64,000 nucleotides of DNA. It comes from Moniliella sp. 'wahieum'. Lineage: Eukaryota. This document shows, one piece after another, positions 1 to 11,214 of the stretch. The notes beneath the pieces were generated by a model. It searched no databases, had not been told where the DNA came from, and saw nothing but the letters and a program-made list of their open reading frames with translations. Within the stretch, counting starts at the first letter, position 1, and each line of letters opens with the position of its first letter. The position numbers and the translations under genes were made by a program. The stretch is taken from positions 186,001 to 250,000 of the forward strand of contig RSEE01000024.1 of NCBI GenBank assembly GCA_003971905.1. The letters are read 5' to 3'.

Positions 1-678
1 CTTGGTGGCCAATGCCGATTCCCATTCTTCTGCTGCGGCCGAGGAAGGGGCAGGCGGGCAAATGTATGCGTTGGTGGGGGATTTGCTTGCTCTCGTTTCG
101 GCGCTGATGTATGCGCTCTATGTCGTCTACCTCAAGCGTGCGGTGGGGGAGGACAGTCGGCTTAGTATGCCCTTCTTCTTTGCGCTGGTGGGCTTGTGGA
201 GCGTGATCCTTTTCTTGCCGTTGGGCTTGCTGTTGCACCTGACGGGGCTTGAGACGCTTTCGCTCCCGCACGACGCACGAGCCTGGTTGGGCGTGAGCAC
301 GAATATGCTGATCACATTAACTTCTGACTTGGCCTACCTTTTGGCCATGCTCAAGTCCAGCCCTTGGCCGCGACAGTCGGCTTGAGCCTTACCATTCCGC
401 TCGCGGCCATCGTAGATGCAGCATGGGGTGGCGTACGACAACGTGCGTCCCAAGTGCTCGGGGACGGCTTGGTGCTCCTTGCGTTCGTCGGGATCGGATG
501 GACAGAATCGTTTCAAGCGACGGCCGATGCCGTCTTGGCTGTCCACCAAGAATTTCTCGCCGCCGAAGGCAACGGTCTCTCCCCCTCGGACCCAGACCAC
601 CCTTCTCGCCGCTTCTCCCGCTCTCGATCCCGCGCACGATCCCGATCCCGCTCTCGACGACCCGAGTCGCCCCTCTAA
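1..678 (+). CDS. DMT/EamA-family (SLC35F5/Thi74-like) transporter, 3' part; 5' end outside the window
   Basis: Hydrophobic ORF 2..385 (GDLLALVSALMYALYVVYLK, FFALVGLWS, ITLTSDLAYLLAMLKSSP) continues after a 1-nt slip near 362 into ORF 364..678 (LAATVGLSLTIPLA). The SP-x-x-ATVGLSLTIPLA motif is typical of this family. Confidence 0.8.
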
Positions 679-1864
679 CTCCCCCGCTGGGCCCGCTCCC
701 CCGGGCCCTTGGACTGCTGCTGCTATTTCCCCCCCTTGTCCTTTTCCTTCTCCCCCCCTCCCCCTCCTACTGCATGCTACACAGGATCTCAATCCCATAT
801 TTAGCCTTGCGGCTCTGATTAGCTTCGATTCCTTTTCAGGAGCGGGGGTGCACTTCGTCTGTCCCCCCTACCCCCTGCCCTTACCATCCATTCTTCCCAC
901 CCTTCCCCCCGCCTTCTCCTGGCCTTCCTGATCCGATCCAGCCCAGCCCACTTGCTCCTTGCCCCCCCTCGACGCTCCACGACAGACTGCTGCCAACGGC
1001 ACCCCGGGGTCCACCCCGTCTCACTCTCACCGTCGGACGGGGGGGGAGCGCACCCGTCCCCGTGGATAGAACAACCAGGCAGAGCAGTGAAGTCACTAGG
1101 CAGGCCTCAGGCGTCCGTCAGGCTGAGCCCTAAGCCTCCGCTCCCAGCAACGCAGCCAGACCCTTCGGCCCCAGCTAGTCCGCCTGCACCCCCACCGGAC
1201 CGTGGGGCATGGTGTCCCGCGCCCACGGCGAACGCTGGATCGCGCTGAGAGGTACCGTGCCTGAGGTATAGGAGGGTATGTAGCAACCAAGGCGCTTCCC
1301 CAGTACCATAAGAAGTACGAACTAGGAAACGAGCTAAGAGCTACCGGTCTCTTGGAGGTAAAAACCGAGCCTACGTAGCAAGCGGGCAAGCGGGGGTACT
1401 AAGGCCCAAAGCCTAATGTTTGACGCTGGAGGCGTAGTAGACGTAGGTAGACACAGACGCGTCGCGCGCACCGAGCACGCAGACAGGGTCAGGCTCACCT
1501 GTACAAGGCAAATAGGAGGGACTAGATAGATAGGGGAGAGCAGGGGCAAAAAAGGGCCCAAGCGGCCGGCGGAGCTTCAAGCCAGGTCGCCGGTCAGGCC
1601 AGCGGACGGGAAACGAAAATGGAAACGGAAACGGAAATGGAAACGGATAGACGGGGCATGGCGCGTGGGGAGAGGGGGAGGGCGAAGGGCTACCCAATCG
1701 GGGCGCAAGGCCTGTGATTAGGGACTCCCCATCGCCTCGAAATGGAACTGCGGCGGCCGCAAGGCCGCAAGGCCCCAACGCACCGAACGCACCGACGCAC
1801 CGACGCACCAAAACGAAAGCGGGGGGGAATGCGGAGCCAAAGGAGGAGCCCAACCCACCAGAGT

Positions 1865-2393
1865 TCAGGCCCAGGCCAACAGAGTCACAGCCCCCACGCT
1901 CGTCCCCAGTGCGAGCAACCAGGCTTGGTTGTCTCTTGCCCCCGCGGCGCCGGAGGAGCGGGTGCTGTGACTCGGGGCGGACGAGGGGAGCAAGGAACTC
2001 GAGCTGGCGGCGCTGCTAGTGCTGGTGGTGCTGGCGCTGGTGCTGGTGCCAGAGAGGGATGGGAGGGTATCGGTCGTGTTGGTGGATGTCGACGATACAG
2101 AGGTGGTGTGGCTCTGGTGTGGGTGTGGCTATGGCCGTTGCTGGTATAGGTGATGACGGTGGTCGCTTGCGACGGGCCAGAGGGGGAGGCAGAGTCTGAG
2201 GCCGTGGCGCTGGGCTGGGACACGAGGGACGACGGAGCGTACACGGGACTGCCGATGGTGGTGCGGTGGTGGAACGAGGTGGGCGCGTCGGTGGAGCTGC
2301 GGGGGCGGTGACTTGGCGCGGCTCCAGCGCGGCAGAGGCACAGCTGCCGGCGAGCGCGAGGAGAGCAAGGAGGGCGGCGGAGGGCGCGTGCAT
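1865..2393 (-). CDS. Small secreted Ser/Thr-rich, probably GPI-anchored, cell-surface protein (~175 aa, two apparent frameshifts)
   Basis: ATG at 2393 gives a signal peptide MHAPSAALLALLALAGSCASAALEPRQ. The Ser/Thr-rich middle reads SQPSATASDSASPSG... then TTSVSSTSTNTTDTLPSLSGTSTSASTTSTSSAASS. The C-terminus is SSGAAGARDNQAWLLALGTSVGAVTLLAWA-TGA(1865). Reconstructed by hand across three frames. Confidence 0.7.
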
Positions 2394-2430
2394 GGAGGAA
2401 GCGAGGAGCGGGGCGATGGTGGAGGGAGCG

Positions 2431-2510
2431 GGGGATGGCGAGGGGGATGGCGAGGGGGATGGCGAGAGGGATGGCGAGGGGGATGGCGAGCGGGATGGCG
2501 GGCGGGATGG
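2431..2510. repeat. 12-bp tandem repeat (GGGGATGGCGAG)-like, about 6.5 copies, in the 5' leader of the GPI-protein gene
   Basis: Directly visible: ggggatggcgag ggggatggcgag ggggatggcgag agggatggcgag ggggatggcgag cgggatggcggg. Confidence 0.9.
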
Positions 2511-3181
2511 TAAAAGGGGTAGGCAAGGGCAAAGACTAAAGGCAGCACTACAGAGAAACACGGACGCGTGGGCAGACATGTAAGACCTGGGGCGCATAGG
2601 AGCGTGTGCTGGTGCTGGCGCTGGGGACGTGTGGGTGGTGACTGTGCTGCCCATCCGTCTGGCCACATGGCGTTCTTCGGGGGCTGGGCCAGTAGACCCA
2701 CTAGGTATACGCCAGCCCAGCCGGCCACCGCAGCGCCCACGTGTGTGCCTCGCCGCGGTCCAGCCCCCGCCCTGCTTCCAGGCACTCACACTGCCCCCCT
2801 TCCCGCGCCCCTGATCGCCAACATTCAACTTCAACTTCAACTTGAACATTCAATTTCCGCCAGGCCAGCTGTCCAGACGCACCGCCTATAGCCCTGGGAC
2901 AGTACGCGAGGGGGGAGCACACGCAATGGATGGGGAGAACGAGTGCATTTGTACCATAACGGCTTATGGGTTTCGGGCAAGAGCAGCAAGCGCACCAGGC
3001 CGTACGCCTTGGGTGGCCCCGGTGACGCCACGTGTGTATGGGAAACGGGAAAGGAAATGGGAACAAAGGGTAGGGAGACAAAAGGGGAGGGTGGGGTGGG
3101 GGGGTAGGGGCAGTAGATGTAGCTGCTTCCTTCAAGGGACCGGTGCAACCGCCGCTCTGGGCTGGGGCCTGTGTTGGGTGT

Positions 3182-5935
3182 TCAGTTGGCCATCCCGCGC
3201 AGGGTGCGCGCCTCGGTCGACTCAAAGTAGCGCAGGATAAAGTTGGCCAGAGTGGCAGTGAAGATGACAAAGCAGAGGAAGTTGGGTCCGTACGCGTCAA
3301 AGTAAATGTTGGATGCTTCCCGACGGCGAATGGCGAGCGCACGAACAACATAGATAACGCCGCTGTACGCCACACAGATCAACGCCAGCACGGTAAACAA
3401 GCCCGAGACGATCAACCCCAACTTATCCCGCGGGTCCGAGTAGTTGAGCAGCCCCACAGCCATCGCCGAGACAATCGTGCTGAATTCGAGCCACTTGAGG
3501 AAGGTGCGCTCGTTGGCAAAGTACACCTTGGGCTCAATCCGCACCGGCACCGAGATGGTCTTGCCCGGGGGTGCATGGAAGGAAGTCACATACTCAATGT
3601 TCGCACTAGGCGGGATTGCTTCCTCCTCGTCCCGCCCCGACAAGATGCGCGCAATCCGTTCATCTTCCTCGTCGTCGTCGTCGTCGGGTGCATCGGTAGC
3701 CTTGCCCTTCTTGGTAAGGTAGGACGAATCAAACATCTTGCTGGTCGACAGGATTTCCTTGCGCGTCGGCCATTTCTTGGCTTCGGCCGTCTTGCTTGCG
3801 CTGGGCGCAGCGTGCTTGCCGCCCTGGCCGGGAAGCCGAATGGAAGACGCATTGATGCCCTTGATAATGTGCTCATACGCCTCGGGGTTGGCCTCGCGCA
3901 GTTCCTCCAGCTCACGAGCATTGAGCGCCGTGTTGCGTTCCTGCTCCTTGCGCACCTCCTGCACGCGCGGATCGTTGCTGTCGGTAATGCCCAGCGCACG
4001 AGCAATCGCCGTCGCATCGCCCTCAAACGCATTCTGCTCCCCGGGCTCGTCCTCGTCGCCCCCGGCGCCCTCAAACTCGTCCTCCGACACGGGCTCATTG
4101 TAGTGCACGCTCCCGGCGCGACTGGAACTGCGGCTGAGACCATACCGGTTCGAGTGGGTAGATGCGGCATCCTGGTTGGGCCGCTCAAACTGTGTCACGC
4201 TCTTGGCCTTGCCTGGGGTCTTGCGAATGTCAATGTCCATCTGAGGCAGCCAGAACGGAATCAAGTCCACCCGGTTGGGCAAGAGGGTGGAACAACCATG
4301 GAGGAACTTGCTAAACTTGGGCGTGCTTTCGACCAAATGGGACGAGACCAGTTCTCGAATCCAAAGCGGAGGTTCCTGGCCCAGCTGCGTCTGCAACTTG
4401 ACCTCCAACACGCCGTAGGGGAAACGTTCGACGTCTTCGGCAGGCAACTGGTCAAAGGGATAGTCAATCCCAATGTCCATCCGACGCCAGTTCTTCCCCG
4501 ACCGCTCCCGGCCGTCCCAGTTGTCTTCCCGCACCAGCGTCAACTCCGTGTCGAGCGAGATACGAACACGTGCATCGCCCGGAAGCTGGAACGCGGTGCG
4601 GTTGTAAAAGGAACGCATCACCGGTTCCAGCTTGCGCGACAGAATCGCATCCTGCACTTCATGACTCAGCTGAAGCATGCTGTCCACCTCCTTGTCCGAC
4701 TTTTTTCCACTGGCACGCAGTGCCTCAAACGTCTCGTCCATCGTGTAGCTGCCATCGAGGTAGCCATTCACATGTTTCTCCATAATCGGGAACCGAGCCT
4801 TGACCGATTTCTCTCCGGTCCAATCTTCGCGGTGGGTCTTGCGCTCCACAAAGATCTGCTTTGTGTCCATCCCACCATACCAGCGCAGACGGATAGCTTC
4901 TGCCCCCTCGGTCTTCTCCAGCCGGCCGAGGTAGAGCTCGAGATCTTCATTGTCAAAGTAAATCGACGTGATGGCGCTGTCGGCCGCCTGGTAGTCCTTG
5001 TCCGGGTTGAACACGAGCACGGGCAGGTGCTTGAGGATGATGAGCTTGAGCGGGACAATGTTGTCGGGGTGAACCCAGTACTTGGTCGTCTGGCGCACAA
5101 ACGCACTTTGGTTCCCGCCAGCCGCCGAGTCCCCTTGCACCGGGTTACCACGCGTGCGCACCTGGTCAAACAACTTGGACAACTTGATGATCAGCTCATC
5201 GTAGTTCTCCTTGTAAAACGGCCGACTGGTCAGGTAATGCTGCACAAACTCCCGACGCAAAGGACGTCCAGTTTGCTTGTCGTGCTTCTTGACGATCTTG
5301 AGGAAACCCGTGTAGTTGAGCTTGGTAAACAACGCAAGATCATGCACATCCGCAATGATCACTGCCAAGCGTTCCTCCAACTCGATAAACTGCGCATCCC
5401 AGTCCCCCGTACCCTCGTCGTCCGAGTCAAACTCGTCGTCCGTGCCAACGTCATCAGTGGCATTGACAATGCCCTCCTGGCCGGCAAGCGCATCGCGGCT
5501 CGACTCGGACCCGACAGTCGAGGTGCGGCGGGAGCTAGGGCGAGAGAGACGCCTGGGAGTTGGGGCGCGAGGAGACGAGAGCATGCACTTCCGATGTGGC
5601 CTGCTTGATGCGCGCATTCAGCTCGGAAACCTAGCGGGAGTAGTAGGAGCAGGAGCAGGAGCAGGAGCAGGAGTAGGGGTCAGTATCAGCAGCGGCTCGG
5701 GCGCCCAGCCAGGCGGAGGGGGGGGCAGGACACGCACCTTTTCCTTCTGGAAGTTGTACACCTTGTCGAGCTCGGAGGAGAGCTCGGCGACAAAGGCGTG
5801 CTCATCGTCGTCGGTCCATTGGTTGTTGCTGGCAGCGAGGCGGCGCTTGATGAACTTTTTGAGGTCGGCGTACTGGAGGTACTGGTCGCTCCACTCGGCA
5901 TAGAGCGAGTCCTTGATGGTCCGGCCAAACTTCAT
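3182..5935 (-). CDS. VTC4: Vacuolar transporter chaperone 4, polyphosphate polymerase (SPX + VTC + DUF202)
   Basis: Exon 1 MKFGRTIKDSLY...YADLKKFIK (SPX start), intron ~5631-5737, LNYTGFLKIVKKHDK, FVRQTTKYWVHPDN, AIRLRWYG, FVERKTHREDWTGEKSVKARF, RISLDTEL, KFSKFLHG, EPKVYFANERTFLKWL and C-terminal TM helices. One slip near 5550-5570. Confidence 0.97.
5643..5676. repeat. (AGGAGC)n hexanucleotide microsatellite inside the VTC4 intron
   Basis: gtaggagcaggagcaggagcaggagcaggagtag. Confidence 0.9.
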
Positions 5936-7939
5936 CTGGCGTGGGTGGGGGCGTGGAGGGTACTAACAGTCGAGAAGGAGAGGAGGAGGAAGGGAGAGGC
6001 GGGGCCGAAGGGGGTGGAGGATGGCGGTGAAGCTTGCAGCTTAAGCAGCCAGGGCAGAGACACGGTAACGGTGCCCTGAATTCAAAGTTCGGCGTGCCTT
6101 TGTGCACACCGCCGCGGTGCGATGTGCCGCCGACACGTGCTTGCCCCGGCCTGCTTAGCTCAGCAGCCAGCGCGTGCGCAATGCGAGGCCAAAGTGAACG
6201 TTCAGACAAATCGTCCACGAGCAGCTCACCGAACGTTCATCCAGTTTCGATTTTTTTTCCTTCTCTTCTGCACGGGGGCGTGCCTGGCTGCCTGGCGCCT
6301 GCAACCTTGAAACGCACTCCGCATGCGCACAAGCCACCCTGCCACGCCCCGATCGGATTGGGTGGCACGTTGAAACTTCCAATAGGCACGCCTCGGCCCA
6401 TCCAATTCTTCCAATCGATCGCTGCCTGTCTGTGCGCGGCACCCGCTGCGCACGTTGGCCGTTGTTGCGTTGGGCCTGTGGACTTCGCTGAAGACGTTGA
6501 AGCTTGACTATAGCAGCAAGTGACCGGTTACTAACCGGTTACCCGGGGACTGGTTACCAGTTACTAATTACTGGCCGCACGAGCATGTGCATGGGAGTGT
6601 GTGTGTTATGTACTGAGGCACTGGGGTAGCCGGTAGACGCGGGTAGACGGAGCGCCAAGCATGCCCTCGGGCTGGGTAACTCGGCGAGCGCTCAGCGCGA
6701 GCTGCAAGCTTCTGGTGACTAGTGAAAAGTGACTAGCTAGTGACTACGGATGGTGGTCACTCGTAGCCGGCGATAGATTTGATTCATCTCGTTCCGGTGC
6801 TGGGTGGCGGAAATACTTCGGCTGGCCAGGGTTTTCTTCGCGGCGCTAGCCTCCGCAGGGCTACCGACTACCCTCAAAAGCTGAGGCTTAGCGCTTGCAA
6901 CGCTAGTCCCCTGGCCCACGTCCCGTCCAACGTCCTACGTTGAACGTTGAACGTGTTGAACGCACTTCGCATGCACGTTGAAATGTGAGATGTGAGATGC
7001 TGGGCGGGCAGCCAACACCTCCCATCTCACACTGGGCTGCCAATGCGGACGTCTAACGTCTAACGCTCCCTGTGCGAAGGGCGGAGCGAGAAGATTCCGA
7101 GACGGCCCAACGTCCAACGCCCAACGTCCGTGGCCCAACGCACACGCTTGGTTGGCAGTTGCTCGTGGACGTGAATGAGTACAATGAGTACAGAGAGTCT
7201 CAGGACAGAGGACGTCAGTACTCAGTATGGGAGCGCACTCAGCCTGCGCGCTGAGGCTCAGCCCAGCACCTACCAGCTACGACCTCGTCTGGGTGGGCGG
7301 TGGCGCGGCAGGGCGCATGTCGCATGTGACATGCATCAGGTGATCGATCGATAATCTATGACATGTGACATGTGACATGTGACATGCATGGCATGTTGCC
7401 AACACTGGCGTACTGGCGTCGGGTGCTGACCCATGCCACGTGTCTGCGGCACAGGGCGTCGCAAGTCACGCGCCACGCGCCACGGGTCAGGGCTGCGACT
7501 GAGCGCTGGGCAAGGGGTGTCTGTGTGCGACTGCGGCGGAATGCAGAATTAGCGTCGCTCTTGCCGAGCCGAACAGCCTCGGGTGTGTTAAGCCTTAAGC
7601 CTCACGCGCAGCCAGGGGCAGCGCTCTGTGTCGCATTCGGGCGTCCCTGCAGCGCAGCCAACACCTCCCCGCACACGCGCAGCACCCCCAGCGCTGAAAA
7701 CAGCGCTGAAAACACTACTGAAAACATAGCCCACACACCCCTTCCACCCCCCAACACCCGCCCCGTGCGGCCAGTGCGTCTGCTGCTGCTGCCCTCTGTT
7801 GTACCCGCCCCAAAGCTTATTCTGTCTGGGTCCGCCTCCTTGCCTGGCTTGTTTCTTCCCACCGCACCACCGCACCCCCCCCACCACCACCCGCCACGCC
7901 TTCTGCCTCACCCGCCCCCTGCTGGCTGCGCGTCGACGA

Positions 7940-10900
7940 ATGGCGCTGGCACTCGCCTCGGACCACGTCGTGGCCAAGTACGACTACGCCCCCACCCAGT
8001 CCAACTGCATCCCCCTCGTCGCCGGCAGCCAGCTGCTGGTGTACAACCGCCACCCCAGTGGCTGGTGGGAGGGCAAAACGTCCACCGGCCTCCGCGGCTG
8101 GTTCCCCTCCAACTTTGTCTACTCGCCCCCCGCCTCGCCCCGCCTCAAACCCGACCTCTCCCCCACCCTCGGCGGCCAGCCCGATCTCAGCCCCGAGTCC
8201 GACACCTCCTTGCTCGACCAGGATGCGCAAGAATTCCAGGATGCCCTGCCCCACCCCTCCCTCGCCTTGCCCACCAGCCTTCACCACGCCATCTCCCGCC
8301 TCCAGTCCGCCGCCCAGGCCGGGCAGCGCAGCTCCTACGTTCCTTGCACTGCCTCGGTCGTCACGGTCACCCGCGACGCATTGGACGCCCTCGGCTGTTT
8401 ACGCCGCGACGACGCTCTGGTCCAGAACTACACTGAGATCTCCTATCGACGGAAACTGCTTTTGCGTGCGCTCAGCGATCTCGTTGCTCTCTCGGACCGT
8501 CTCAGTCTTGCTTCTTCCGACGGCCCCGACCCCGAGCAGGACCAGACAGCAGCCCAGCACATCCTCCCCGCCTCCCAGGCCCTCGCTACCGCGCTGCAGG
8601 ATCTCATGGAGGCCAGCATGGATCGTGCGTCGCCTGCGTCGCAGCCACGAGACTTGCCTGACCTGCACTCGCAGGCATCCGGCATATTTTCCGACATTTT
8701 CTCCCCGCGCGGACTTCCCGGTGTCGCCACGCTGGACGTGAGCTCTCATTCGGACGAGTGGCAGGACGCTCGTCTGGCGCTGCAGGCGGCCGTGGAGGAA
8801 TTCTCGGGTTTGATGACCCAGTCGCCCAACAGCCCTTTTGCCTCCCCCGACGACGCCCCGTCCCCGCCTGCGGATATCACCAAGGTGCTGGACGTTGCCC
8901 TCTGCGTCCATACCTCGGTCCGACAACTGCTCCATGTCACGGAGCAAGTCTTGATCTCCTCTTCCCGTTCGCTTACCCAACCTGGCATGATCGCTCTGTC
9001 CAACGCGCGCTCGGACTTGTACGGTGCCTCGTCCCAATTCTCTTCTCCCTTCGTGAGATGACGACCGTGGGGAAACACTCTGCTTCGCTCGAGGACCTAC
9101 CGAAATCGTATGCTTCCGATGGGTTGGCAGCTGCGTCGGCCATGGCCAAGGCCGCTGATCAAGTGGCCTTGTCATTTGCCATGCTCGATGAAGCTACTTC
9201 TTCCAGTGACGACCGTACCTCCTCCACACCGCAAATTGACGCTGTCAAGCCCCAAGCGAGCCTTGCCTCGCTCCCTGCGTCGCTTCCGACCAGCCCAATG
9301 GGACGATCGGACCAGCGCATGACCAATTCCCCCCAGGCCAAATCACGTGGCCGTCTGTCGTTGCTGACGCGCAAAGTAGCCAGTTTAAGCATGCTCCGTT
9401 CAACCCCTAGCCTCTCCTCCCTCACCAGCAGCCCCAACGTTTCGCTCCGTACCCCTCGTTCCCCCATCAGCGGCGGGCCAAGTTGGATCCCGTCCCGCAT
9501 CCCAAACGGTCTGTTGGCATGCCGTTACTTTCGCCCGACTCGGCGCCGCTCGGCCCATGGGAGCGCGAGCTGGATTCGGACGAGGTGGTGCGCAGTAGGC
9601 CCGGCGACATTTTAGGAGGCACATTGCGAGGCATGATAGCTACCTTGATTGCACCCGCTTCTTCTGCTTCAGTGGAAGAGACGACCAACGCGTTTGCCTT
9701 GACCATGCCTCTGTTTGCCCAGCCCGAGATGGTGGCGGGGCAGTTGCTGGAACGGTACCAGTCGCAGCCAGCGGGGTGCGTACGGGCGAATGTGCTCAAC
9801 TTTGTTCGTCTCTGGTTGTCGGACGAGCACTGGCGTGCGACGGATGCCGAGGCGCTCGCACCCCTTTCCCAGCTGGCCACCGAGGCGCACGCTACGGACC
9901 TAGCCGCCTTGGTGGAGCAGCGGGCCACGCCGCAAGAGGTAGGCATGCGTCTCTTCTCCGACGGGGGCATTGTCATTCGCCGTGTGGTGGGGGGGGAAGG
10001 AACGGGGATCGAAATGCTCTACACTCGTCCTTGGGTCCAAGCTACCGTTCCCCTGCCCCTCATCCGACCCAAGATGGGCCAATCTCTCCTGAGCGCCAAC
10101 GAACTCGCACGCCAACTTACCGTCCTCGCAAGCCGGCTCTTCCTCTCGCTCGAGCCCAGCGAGTACTTCTCCCCGCGCCGCCACGCCCGTCCCAGCGCAC
10201 TCAAATCTTCTCGCCCCGTCTACGGCGTGCATCAGGAACTGTGTCTCTCTTGCCCGCCCAACGAGTGGGACCGGCTGCCGCCACTAGCTGCGTTGGCTCT
10301 GCTGAGCAATCGCATTGTTGGCTGGGTCTCTCAGGCCATCTTGGCCCCAGACTCGTTGCGCGAAAGGAGAGCGGTGATTAAACACTTTATCAAATTGGCC
10401 GACGTACGTCCCCCCCCCCCCGTCCCCCCCCCTACTCCTCTCTGATCCAAGAGCTGACTAGTGACCCAACAACCTACCTTACCGGTTACCCTTTTCCCCC
10501 CGTCCCTCTTCTGGCCCCTTTGCCTATTATACCCTACAGAAATGCCTGGCGCTCAATAACTTTCATGTATTTTTTGCCGTGCAAGGCGGGCTGGCCTGTG
10601 CGTCGGTGCGCCGCCTGACGCTCACCTGGTCCTCGCTGCCAGGGAAATACACGCGACTAGCAACGCAACATGCCTACCTCGTCGATCCACAGCGGAACCA
10701 TGTTGCCTATCGCGCCCGGCTGGAACATGCACTGCAGCGAGGCGACCCCTGCGTACCCTTTGTCGGGTTGGTCTTGACTGACCTGACGTTCGCGTTGGAA
10801 GGTAATGCGCCGACACGCAAGGCGACTTTAACTTCGCTCCGCTCCCTCGACCCCGTTCCCGCTCCTACTCCTGCTCCCGCTCCTGCTCCCGCTCCCACTC

Positions 10901-11214
10901 CCGCTCCCGCTCCAGCTCCCGTTCCGCCGCCCCGGCAACCCGCCCCGGCCGAACAAACAAACGAAGAAGTGATCAATTGGGCCCGGTACGCTCGAGCGGC
11001 GAAAATTGTCATGCCGCTCCAAGGACGCGTGTACCCGCTCCAAGCAAGTGAAGAGGTCCAAGCTTACCTTGCCACCACGCTCCGGCAAGCACCCGAAAGC
11101 GGCACGGCCGACCAAGATGAACTCATGTACCGTCGTTCCTTGGTCCTTGAACCGCGCGTCGGCCCACCTAGCACCTCTTCGTCCGTTCACGCGTTGGGCT
11201 TGGGGTTGAGTTGA
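7940..11214 (+). CDS. SH3 + RasGEF_N (REM) + CDC25-type RasGEF domain guanine nucleotide exchange factor
   Basis: N-terminal SH3 (VVAKYDY...PSGWWEG...RGWFPSNFV) and REM-like GGTLRGMIATL...VLNFVRLWL. GEF domain: ELARQLT...SNRIVGWVSQAIL...RRAVIKHFIKLAD, intron 10404-10539, KCLALNNF...AVQGGL...PCVPFVGLVLTDLTFALEGN...INWARY...LMYRRSLVLEPR. Frameshifts near 9050 and 9480. Confidence 0.92.

Noticed and set aside
1240..1300. Possible TPP riboswitch (GCTGAGA..TACCG) downstream of a Thi74-like transporter
   Set aside because: It lacks the GAACYTGAT...GGATAAT..CC.GCG core and is not in an evident intron.
3143..5608. 821-aa + strand ORF overlapping VTC4
   Set aside because: Antisense shadow of a GC3-rich gene with no recognisable motifs. 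The same applies to 24663..26024, 46908..47936 and most overlapping ORFs in the track.
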